From assembly GCA_951812775.1 (NCBI GenBank), contig OX638326.1:3823180-3887179 (forward strand): a stretch of DNA of 64,000 bases. Reading direction: 5' to 3'. Below are positions 8,580-18,044 of this stretch, piece after piece (the stretch's first letter is position 1; each line of letters begins with the position of its first letter). The position numbers were made by a program, and so were the translations under genes. The stretch is from an uncultured Alphaproteobacteria bacterium. GTDB lineage: Bacteria; Pseudomonadota; Alphaproteobacteria; MPNO01; UBA2964. The notes under the pieces were generated by a model. It did no database searches, had not been told where the DNA came from, and saw only the letters and a program-made list of their open reading frames with translations.

Positions 8580-10517
8580 GTGCAGCCGGGACAGGTAAAC
8601 CCATTATCTTTGACTAAAGCCGCAGTGCCAGCCTGGCTGGGCGTCGCTGGCTGGCGGGAAATATTTGGCATAGATCTGCGCACACTTGCCGTTTTTCGGG
8701 TTTTGTTGGGCAGTTTCCTGATTTTGGATCTGATCCTGCGGTCTCGGGACCTAGTGGCCCATTATACGGATTTTGGAATATTCCCAAGAGCCGCCGCCAT
8801 AGATGGATTGGCGGCGGGTGCCTTTTCGTTTCACTTGATGAATGGCAGCGCAGTATTTCAGGCAGCTTTGTTTGTCCTTGCAGGTGCATTCGCTGTTTTG
8901 ATGATCGTTGGATGGCGGACGAGGCTCGCCACAGCTATGTCGTGGGTACTGCTGCTCTCCATGCAGAACCGCAACTGGGAAATTCATTCCGGTGAGGATC
9001 AACTGGTGATGGTTCTGTTGTTCTGGGCGATGTTTTTGCCGTTGGGAGCGCGTTTCTCCGTTGATGCTGCGATGGTTCTCAGGGAATCTGCTAAGTCGAA
9101 TGATTTCGTTTCCCTTGTGACGGCTGCGTTGTTGTTACAGGGCATGTCGATGTATTTCTTTAGCGCCTTGTTAAAATCCGATGCGCGATGGATTCCCGAC
9201 GGGACAGCCATCTATTTTGCTTTGCAGCTCGATTATTTTGCGACGTCACTGGCATTGTGGTTCCGGCAGTTCGAGACACTTCTTCAAGGTCTAACCTATT
9301 ACGTCTGGGCGCTAGAACTTATTGGCCCAATTCTGATTTTCTCACCAATTCTCCAACGGCCATTGCGCGCAATATTGATGACGGCGTTCATCACGATGCA
9401 TTGCGGTTTCTTTCTGTTCCTGGAAATCGGGATTTTTCCGCTCATTTCAATTATTATGAACCTGACCTTTATGCTTGGCTGGATGTGGGATTGGTTTTGC
9501 CGGAAATTACGACCCGATGCCCGCGAAGGGTTGAAAATTTGGTATGACCGGGATTGCGGGTTTTGTCTTAAAACCTGCCGCTTGTTAAAGGTTTTTCTCA
9601 TATTACCCGAGGTGCCGATCAAACCAGCGCAGTCAGATGCGCAGGCTGGTGCATTGTTGGAATCCCACAATAGCTGGGTTGTTTCCCAGGGAAATGTCGC
9701 ATTGATACGGTGGGATGCGATGCGGCATCTATTTATCTGTTCACCGATATTCTGGCCTGTTGCAAGGCTTCTCACTGTAACACCAATACGAAAAATGGGA
9801 GATCGGTTGTATCTATGGATCGCCCGGAATCGTAATACGTTAAGCAATGTGTCTGCGCGTGTTTTACCCTGGGAAAAGATTCAGTTGAGGCCACCGCTCT
9901 GGCAAAACGTATTTGTCGCAGTCTCGTTCTCACTCGTTCTGGCGCAGAATGTTTCAACGCTTCCACAATCCGGGCTTCAAATTCCGGAGCCGCTTTGGCA
10001 GGTGCGACAGTTCCTGGGGCTTTATCAAAACTGGACTATGTTTGCGCCTTATCCCGAACTGGTCAGCCCCTGGCCAGTTATGATGGGGGAGCTCAAAGAT
10101 GGTCATGTGGTGGACGTCTACAATGCGAAAACAGGAATTCCTTCTTTTGAAAAACCTGAGCTGGTTTCCGCTGTGTATAAAAACTACCGCTGGCGAAAAT
10201 ATTTATCCAATCTCGAAGATGCCAGTTATGAAAACAAGCGCAATCATATGGCGTTGAATTATGGACGATATCTTTGTCGTTTATGGAATAGCCAAGCCAT
10301 TGGACTCGACCAGCTATCAACTTTTTCGATTTTTTTAATGTCGAAAGAACGCCACTTCCCGGAAATGCCAAAGTCGTTAAAACACGGCAGATTTGGGATC
10401 ATAACTGCTTTGGATGACCAATCTCGGTTAGGCAGATTTCCGATGTTCAATGAGTCTTGTTGCCGGCAATCTGACGGTTGCCGTCGTCCCTTCCCCTTCT
10501 TTGCTCTCAAGTTTTAG
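8580..10517 (+). CDS. HTTM (vitamin K-dependent gamma-carboxylase-like) domain fused to DCC-family (DUF393) thiol-disulfide oxidoreductase domain
   Basis: 645 aa; N-terminal GIDLRTLAVFRVLLGSFLILD HTTM signature with multiple TM helices; central IWYDRDCGFCLKTCR (YDGDCxFC-like DCC motif); the last ~30 codons overlap the convergent HK gene. Confidence 0.6.
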   Translation: MQPGQVNPLSLTKAAVPAWLGVAGWREIFGIDLRTLAVFRVLLGSFLILDLILRSRDLVAHYTDFGIFPRAAAIDGLAAGAFSFHLMNGSAVFQAALFVLAGAFAVLMIVGWRTRLATAMSWVLLLSMQNRNWEIHSGEDQLVMVLLFWAMFLPLGARFSVDAAMVLRESAKSNDFVSLVTAALLLQGMSMYFFSALLKSDARWIPDGTAIYFALQLDYFATSLALWFRQFETLLQGLTYYVWALELIGPILIFSPILQRPLRAILMTAFITMHCGFFLFLEIGIFPLISIIMNLTFMLGWMWDWFCRKLRPDAREGLKIWYDRDCGFCLKTCRLLKVFLILPEVPIKPAQSDAQAGALLESHNSWVVSQGNVALIRWDAMRHLFICSPIFWPVARLLTVTPIRKMGDRLYLWIARNRNTLSNVSARVLPWEKIQLRPPLWQNVFVAVSFSLVLAQNVSTLPQSGLQIPEPLWQVRQFLGLYQNWTMFAPYPELVSPWPVMMGELKDGHVVDVYNAKTGIPSFEKPELVSAVYKNYRWRKYLSNLEDASYENKRNHMALNYGRYLCRLWNSQAIGLDQLSTFSIFLMSKERHFPEMPKSLKHGRFGIITALDDQSRLGRFPMFNESCCRQSDGCRRPFPFFALKF

Positions 10518-12688
10518 CTCGCCCTGGTGGAGTTCGGTCATTGATTTGACCAATGGCAAACCGAGGCCTGTACCTTCATAGGCCCTCTCCAATCTGGAAT
10601 CCGCCTGACCAAACGGTTGCAGGATGATATTTATCTTGTCGGCGGGTATGCCGATGCTGGTATCACTGACTGAAAAGACAAACCCGTTTGCCCCGATGCG
10701 GGCAATGAGTTTTACACTGCCACCTTCGGGCGTGAATTTAACGGCATTGGATAATAGGTTCAGGAGAACCTGTTTGATCATCCGCTCGTCTGCCATTAAC
10801 TCGGGAAGATCGTCGGGGATATCTGCAGAAAGCGTGACATTGCCCTTTTCGGCTCTTTCGGCAAGCATTTTTAGGGCAGTGGCGACAATACGGCCAAAGC
10901 CAAAGGGAGCTTCATTGGGCTCCAATTCGCCAGCCTCAATCTTCGACATATCGAGGACGTCGTTGATGATTTCAAGAAGATGGGAGCCGCTATTATAGAT
11001 GTCAGTCGAGTATTCGACATATTGAGGAGATCCCACAGGGCCAAAGGCCTCGGTTTTGATAATTTCTGAAAACCCGATAACCGCGTTTAACGGTGTCCGG
11101 AGTTCGTGACTCATATTAGCGAGAAATTCTGTTTTGGCGCGGTTTGCCGACTCCGCTGTTTTACGTGCTTGCTCCTGTACTTCTTCGGCTTTCTTCCGTT
11201 CCGTGATATCGCGAAAAGTGTAGATGAACATTTTTTTGTCGACATGTTCCGAACGTCGTTTATTTGCCTTGATAGATAGTCGAGACGTACTGATCAGCAG
11301 CTCTATAATAAGCTCTCTTCCGTCTTGGGTCGTCAGGGGGAATTCGGCCGGTCCGAACATATTGTCACTTAAGCCACCTCTTTGGTCCTCATCTCCTTCA
11401 GCTTTGTTGTATAGGGCCTCGATTTCTTTCGACCAGGGTAAATAGTTGTGAATGGGCTGATCCATGGCGTCATCTGTTGTGATGCCCAGTATCTGTCCTG
11501 CTGCCGGATTGAAGAGCTCTACTACGCCGTCTTCATTAACTGTTGCGATACCATCAAAACTGTCATCGACCATGCTATTCATCATCGCTCGACGATGCAT
11601 CGCCTCAACACGATGCTCAAAAATCGACAAGGTTTGGGCGTCGATTGATCGCCAAAGGCCAACAACATAGGAGAGACCTGTTACAAGTACCCAGGGAGCA
11701 GTATCGACAATGATCGGCCAAGCTGCCAGTACGCCCAGGGAAATCCCACCGCTTAAGAAAATGACGGACCCTGTACAGAATGCGCCGATTCGCCAAGAGG
11801 TACGATCAAGAAAAGGGCCAAGAAAAATAGCAAGGAATAAAGCGACAATCAGAACCGGCCAAGTGTCCAGTCGATGGATCATCCGGTTCTGGATAATCGT
11901 TTCAAAGGCGAGCGCTTGCAGGACTGGACCAGGAATCACTTTGTGGACGGCAACGTTTAGTGGTCACCAAGTTCCACGGCCGTGGCGCCCACAATAACTC
12001 GTTTTCCGGCTACGGTACTATTGAGAAAATTTCCCTGGATGACGTCCATATAGGACAATCTTGGAAGCGTGTCCGGTTGGATACCCAGATCAATATAAAA
12101 AGAACCATGTGGCATTTCCTTGCTCGTCGCGAGGATGCCAGCCATGCTGGTGATGTTATGGCCTTGAATGTCGTCGGCGGTGAGATAGCGCCTTACGCGG
12201 CCATCCTCCTCTACTCGGATATTAACCGTTGCAAGATGAGCATTCGCGCCGACTGTTGGTACGGGAACGGAATGAAAAACCTTTGTTTCATGACCCTTAG
12301 CGGCATGGAACTGTTTGAAGACGGGCAATAAAACGCGGCCATTAGCGCGGGTAATTGCGTCTCCCAAGGCTTTGTCATCTTCTTCATTGGAATGGGAACT
12401 AAAGTCAATATCGAGGGCAACAGACTTAGCACCGGCGGCGAGGAGGCGGTCTATAATCTGGGCGTGATAGCGCCGCGGCCACGGCCAGATGTTGAGTTCT
12501 TTCAGGCTCCTTGTGTCGATTTCGACAACAACAATTTCCTGGCTGGCTTCCCGCTTCAGGAGCTTGAAAGCGAGATCTGTGAGAGCAAAACCTAAGGACG
12601 ACAAAAACTCGCCGAGATATATTCCCGCGACGGTAAGAAACACCACCAGATGGGGCATTATTCGTCTCAGTGTATTTCGGTCTTTCAA
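10428..12688 (-). pseudogene. CHASE2-sensor / PAS / histidine kinase, split by a 1-nt frameshift between the CHASE2 and TM regions
   Basis: 11957..12688 is a CHASE2 domain (IVVVEIDTRSLKELNIWPWPR...GATAVELGDH*). 10428..11939 continues the CHASE2 C-terminus (IPGPVLQALAFETII), then three TM helices, a PAS domain, HisKA (MSHELRTPLNAV) and HATPase. The frames switch at GGTGACCACTAAACG (~11957-11966). Confidence 0.7.
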
Positions 12689-12849
12689 TGCTGCCTCGAA
12701 TGGCCAAACAGTTTTCTACAAATCCGGCCATAAAGGGTAGTTGGAACAGTTTAAAGAACCGTTCAGGGTTGTCAGAAAAGAAAACGGCCTCCTCGAAAGG
12801 AGACCGTTTCTTTGCAAAGCAATTTCAGGAGGAACTATTTGTTCCCGTT

Positions 12850-12966
12850 TCAGTTACCATTGCCATTTCCGTTACTGTTTCCATTACCGCCGCCGTTACT
12901 GTTTCCGTTGCCGCCGCCATTTCCAATACCGCTATTGTTGGCGCTGTTTCCGTTGCCATTGCCGTA
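12850..12966 (-). repeat. imperfect tandem GGN/AAY coding repeat encoding a Gly-Asn tail (YGNGNGNSANNSGIGNGGGNGNSNGGGNGNSNGNGNGN)
   Basis: visible nucleotide periodicity gttaccattgccatttccgttactgtttcc... at the 3' end of the FecR-domain gene. Confidence 0.6.
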
Positions 12967-13900
12967 GCTAGCTTGGGCAGCAACGGTTGCCGGGATGGAG
13001 AAGCTCTTCGGAACTTTGAAAGCTCTTAGTTTTTTGACGGTGTTTTTTGAAAGTTTCCGGGAATTGCCGCGCCCGGTCGCTTTAGGGGCACCTGCATCAT
13101 TGACGAGGCCGCGCGAAACTTTAGAGATATTGACCCGTTTGGCACCAACCATCTTTTTGATGACAGAGCGTGCTGCTTTGCCACGACCGCCTTGTGGGCT
13201 GTTCTGTGATTGCTTCTCCGCCGCCGGTTTAGCATTGGCGGGGTCAGCTTTAGCTTTGTCCTTGCCCTTTGCTCCTGGCGTCGATTGCTTTTTGAAGCCA
13301 ATCAGCCGCATCTGACCGCCATTCCGGTTGCTGACAGCAGCTGTCTGGCCAGGTCTCACGAGGGCAGTTTGGCCACTCAAAATAGAGCTGACCTGGACGG
13401 CACCCTCGGTAACATGCAAAGCAGCGTTGCGCTGATCAACGGAAACCGTAAAAGTCGTTCCTTTGATAACCGCCGCTAAATAGGGTGTTTTTACCGAGAA
13501 CGGTTTGTCCGGCCTGGTCGTGATTTTGAACAGGATTGATCCCATTTTTTGCGCAATACGGGTTGCCGGTTTTTTGCCCTTCGCCTTACCTGATTTTGGA
13601 ATGTTAAAATGGCTGCTTGGCGCGACATCAAGTGAGTCTCCGGGCTGGACCATAATAACACGTCCTTTTGGACCGGTTTTGACTTCCATACCGGGATGAA
13701 TAGTTTCGCCGCGCTTGAGCACATGCCATGCCTTCCCGTCGTGGCTCTTTTGTGTCCTTAATATCAGTTACCCGCCAGTCGCGTGCGTGCTCTGCTTTAG
13801 CGCTGTTCGTATTGACTAAGAGGGCGCCCATCGCCATGGCACCCCAGATCAGGTAGCCATATCTACTTGAAGTTTTGGCGGTGTTGTTCAAATTTTCCAT
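12850..13900 (-). pseudogene. FecR-domain periplasmic protein with GN-repeat C-terminal tail; signal peptide and FecR domain in different frames (apparent 1-nt frameshift)
   Basis: 13628..13900 encodes signal peptide MENLNNTAKTSSRYGYLIWGAMAMGALLVNTNSAKA. 12850..13722 (GTG start) encodes the FecR domain (KRGETIHPGMEVKTGPKGRVIMVQPGDSLDV...TTFTV). The frames meet at ACACAAAAG (~13748-13756). Confidence 0.6.
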
Positions 13901-14249
13901 TTTTCTGCCCTCCCGGGGCTGGTTGATTAAAAATTGCTACAAAACTGCGATTAACATTGCGGCGATTTTTACCTTTCAAATCTTACGAAAATTTAAAAAG
14001 ATAAATTAAATCAATAACTTAGTAAAATTTTAGAAAAATTTGAGATAATTCTTTGTTAACCTTTTCGTTAATATTATGGTTAACATTCGATGCTGGGTTG
14101 GCTCGGATAACTGTGGGAAGGCGTTAGTTGTCCTGGCTTAAGCACCTGGTTTAGCAGAAGAATTTCGGCGCTTTTTTCCCATGGTCTTCTGAGGTCATGG
14201 TTAATCGACTGTCGTCGGGTATAGGAAACACCAGCAAATTGTTGCGTAA
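13901..14249. promoter_or_regulatory. AT-rich divergent intergenic region between the FecR/CHASE2-HK operon (-) and the TpsB gene (+); repeated TTAACATT / GTTAAC motifs
   Basis: 350 bp with GC far below the window average; TTAACATT at 13951-13958 and 14080-14087, GTTAAC at 14055-14060. Confidence 0.35.
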
Positions 14250-15953
14250 ATGAATCAGTCGACCGGGTCTCAATGGGGCCATAAAAAAAATAAATTATTT
14301 TTTATTGGTGCATTCGTTTGCATAACGTTTTTACTTGGATTTTCGTTTGCGCAGTCTTCTGGCGGGGCCAACGACGCCGGAAAGATTCAGGAACGGCTTG
14401 AACGGCCGGCCGAGAAACTAAGCGAAATCGATTCTATTGCTGCTCCGAAAACAGAGAAAACCGAAACCAGGAAGGAATCCGAGAAATTTCGTCTGATAGG
14501 GGCACAGCTGGTTGGAAACAGCGTTTTTACCTTGGCGCAGCTCGCACCGATTTATGAACCTTACCTCAATCGGGAAATCTCGATTGCCGAGGTCGACAAG
14601 ATCGTAAAGGCGATCACCGAAAAATATCACAAAGATGGATATTTCCTGACGCGCGTCTATGCGCCGCCGCAGGCAGCCGAGTTTGGCATTCTGGAACTCC
14701 GCGTGGTGGAAGGGTTCGTGGAACGCGTTGAATTCAAGGGCGATAAGCCGGGAAGATCGAGCTTGTTCAAGGGTTGGGCGGCTAATATTCAGGCAGAGAA
14801 ACCTCTTAAGCTTGGCACCCTTGAACGAAACCTGCTCCTTATGGCTGATATCCTAGGGATCGGCGTAACCCCGAGCGTCAAATAGATTGACCTGGAAAGA
14901 GGAGCGTATCGTCTTGAAATCGCCGTGACTCACCAGAAAGTGGGCGGTTTCGTGAATTTCGACAATCGTGGTACGACGGCTGTTGGACCTTTACAGGTCT
15001 ATGCAGGTGTAAACCTAAATTCCATTATTGGCCTTCTTGAACGAACCAGGCTGGCTGTCTTCACAATTCCCCAGACACCTGAAGAACTTCGCTACGTAGA
15101 GTTTCAACAGGACCATATTTTGAATGGTGCCGGGACTCAGGCATCGATTTTTGCGTCGCGCAGTATTGTGGATTTGGGAGATGAAGCGCTTTTTACCAAA
15201 GAGAACAGCCACGGAACGCGAATTTCACTGGAAGTCTCTCACCCTCTCATCAGGAGTAGGGATCTCAATCTTTTTGCTTCAATCAAGCTGGATGCCTTCG
15301 AATCCGACAAGAGTGGAGATAATGGCACGTTTGATGACAAGCTCCGGATCTTAAGGCTGAAGTCGCGGTTCAATTCGTCAGATGGTTGGGGCGGTACGAA
15401 CTGGTTGTCAGGTCAGTATAGTCAGGGTTTCGACATATTTGGCGCCTCCGACGAAGAATCCGGATTTGTTTCGAATACCAACGGACGTGCTGACTTTTTG
15501 AAAGTCAGAGCAGATTTTACACGGGTGCAGAAAATCGTTGAACATCTCGATCTGCAATTGTCGAGTGCGGGACAATGGTCACCCCATACATTGTTGTCAT
15601 CAGAAGAATTTACGGTCGGTGGACAGAACTTCGGCCGGGCATTCGATCCGTCAGAAATTAGCGGTAACCTCGGTGTTTCGGGATCTGCTGAACTACAATT
15701 CAACTTACCTGCCGATCTGAAGCCTGTCTTGGATTCGGTGCAGCTTTACGGATTTTATGATGCCGGTGCGGTTTGGGGCGTGGGATATACACGCGCATCG
15801 GTAGTCTCTGCCGGTGGTGGAGTAGGGTTGTCATTACCGTACAATTTTCGGGCGCAGTTTGAGGCTGCGATGCCCCTTACCCGGCAAAGCGATAGTGGTG
15901 AAGCGGAACGCAAGGACCCCCGCCTGTATTTCAGCATAAGCAGTCAGTTCTAA
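14250..15953 (+). pseudogene. TpsB-type (ShlB/FhaC/HecB family) outer-membrane transporter with POTRA domain, interrupted by an in-frame TAG
   Basis: 14250..14885 encodes signal peptide + POTRA (LELRVVEGFVERVEFKGD...LERNLLLMADILGIG). An in-frame TAG sits at 14883-14885. 14925..15953 in the same frame encodes the beta-barrel (GGFVNFDNRGT...RLYFSISSQF, C-terminal aromatic residue). Confidence 0.7.
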
Positions 15954-16074
15954 CGCGGATATTGTTCTCACTGTGGATAACTTCATCCCATCAACGTTTT
16001 ATTTACGATAATTTTTCACCGGAATTTTAGGCCTTTGGTCCACCATTTTGGCAACAAGATTGGCGGAGTAGATC

Positions 16075-16554
16075 ATGAAATTTCTGTCCGGTTTTATTAC
16101 TTTTTGTGCATTGCTCGCTTTTGCACCTGCTGGTGCCATGGCGGCGGAAGAAACTGAAGAACAGCTAAAAGCGCGGAAAAAGGCTGAAGCCGAAGCCAAT
16201 AGTGTCCACGCGCTCTCGGTTTTCAGCTATGTGAATCCGGTTCGAGGCCGCGTTCATACGCGACGGCGCCCGGTTCTCATTACCCTGAATGTCAAAGGAA
16301 TGGACGCGCTCAGCCACTTTTGTCAGCAAAAGCCATTGATTGGCGAGGCCGTCCTAAAAATTATCGGTTGGGGGCCTGCCCCCGATTTGTCCAACAAGAA
16401 GGTACTGGAAATTAAGCGGCAATCGTTACATCAGGAATTTTCTGAGGTTTTGTCGGCGGATTCCTTGAAGAATGTCTCACTGAAATTAGGAAAAACAGTC
16501 GCGGAATTTGGCAAGCAGCTGCAGGGAACATCCAACGCCTGTGGTGGCAAGTAG
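16075..16554 (+). CDS. hypothetical secreted protein (signal peptide; weak FliL-like character)
   Basis: 159 aa; N-terminal MKFLSGFITFCALLAFAPAGAMA signal peptide; no confident family assignment. Confidence 0.4.
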   Translation: MKFLSGFITFCALLAFAPAGAMAAEETEEQLKARKKAEAEANSVHALSVFSYVNPVRGRVHTRRRPVLITLNVKGMDALSHFCQQKPLIGEAVLKIIGWGPAPDLSNKKVLEIKRQSLHQEFSEVLSADSLKNVSLKLGKTVAEFGKQLQGTSNACGGK

Positions 16555-16562
16555 GTTTCTCT

Positions 16563-17967
16563 CTAAAGCCTGATGACGGCCATCTTGTCCTGGGTCAGGT
16601 CGTGCATGGTGTGACCGATTCCGCCGGTGCCATAGCCTGACTGTCGCCGTCCTGCAAACGGCATCCAGTCGACTCGAAAAGCTGTGTGATCATTTATCAT
16701 GACAGCCGTTGCATCCAGAGACCGTATCAGTTTGGTGGCGGTGTCGAGTCGTTGCGTAAATCCAGCTGCCTGAAAAGCAAAGGGTAGGGCGTTGGCACGA
16801 TCAATCGCTTCCTCAATAGTCTCATAGCTATAGACTGCGAGTACGGGGCCAAAAATTTCAGCAGTTGAAAGACGTGTGTCGCTACAAGGGTTCAAAATTA
16901 CTGTAGGTGCAAAGGCAGTTTCACCCAATTTTTCGCTACCACACAGAACATCTCCACCGCTTTCCATGGCCTCAGATACCCATTCAGCCACGCGCGACAC
17001 TTCGCCCGGGCGAATGAGGGGGCCAACCTCGACCTTCTCCTCAATTGCATTTCCCACGACGAGCTTGCTCGCCTGTTCGGCGATAAGTCCGGCGATATCA
17101 TGCGCCATCGATGCTGGTGCAAAGACGCGCTGAACCGATACGCAAACCTGTCCAGCGTGGTAAAATCCACCTTTGACCAAAAGGGGCAGCATTGCGTCGA
17201 TATCTGCGCTTTCATCGATAATAACCGGCGCGGCACCGCCATGTTCTAATGCCGCCCTGGTGCCCGGTGCGAGTTTTGATCGCAGCATCCAGCCAACGCG
17301 GGCTGATCCGATAAAACTGAAAAATGCTACACGCGGGTCTGTAATAAGACGTTCTGCCGTAGGAATGTCACAGGGAAAATACTGGCACCATTCTTCGGGG
17401 AGTCCGGCCTCATATAAGATGTTTACAAAGCTTTGCGCCGAAAGCGGTGTGTCATCTGCCGGTTTGATAATGACGGGGCAGCCCGTGGCGATAGCGGGTG
17501 CTACCTGATGGATAATCAGATTTAGTGGGTGATTGAATGCGGAAACCGCGACAACCGGCCCAATCGGTTCCTTGCTGGTAAAGGCCATTCGGCCGGCGCC
17601 GGCGGCGGTGAGATCCATTGGAATTTCGTGTGCCAGTGAGATGACTTAATTCCTTGGCAGCGAGTTCGACACCATCGATCGCACGGTCGACTTCGATCCG
17701 GGCATCAATGAGCGGCTTGCCCCCTTCATTGGCAATTTGAAAAGCAAGCTCGTCAAAACGCTCACGCATGAGGGCGCTGGCTTTGTGCAAAACAGAAATC
17801 CGCTGATGGGCGGGAAGCCAGCTATCGCGATCACGATGTAATCGATCAGCGGCGGTGAGCCACTTATCGGCTTCTTCCCATGTGCCTAAAGAGACTTCAC
17901 CGATGGTCTCGAGAGAGAACGGATTGCAAACAGACAGGATGGCATATTCCTTGGCTTTCGCACGCAC
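16563..17967 (-). pseudogene. aldehyde dehydrogenase (NAD(P)+) family, split by a 1-nt frameshift
   Basis: 17452..17967 encodes the ALDH N-terminus (IANEGGKPLIDARIEVDRAIDGVELAAKELSHLTG). 16563..17618 encodes the rest (HEIPMDLTAAGAGRMAFTSKEPIGPVVAVSAFNHP...catalytic Cys region GQVCVS). The frames switch at ACTGGCACACGAAATT (~17625-17640). Confidence 0.7.
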
Positions 17968-18044
17968 TTGCGTACTCAGTGCCTTAGAATATGGGGCCTA
18001 AATCTGAATCAAAGATAACTTTTCCGCGATACGGCAGAAAAACC

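Noticed and set aside
10428-10517. Possibility that the HTTM protein C-terminus (…RFPMFNESCCRQSDGCRRPFPFFALKF) is a real functional extension
   Set aside because: It cannot be decided from sequence alone. The segment is antisense to the conserved HATPase C-terminus of the kinase. It may simply be ORF read-through, so it is reported as an observation, not a feature.
12850-12966. Periodic short repeat that could be mistaken for a CRISPR-like or satellite array
   Set aside because: It lies inside a coding region and encodes a Gly-Asn low-complexity tail. There are no spacer/repeat units of CRISPR size and no cas genes.
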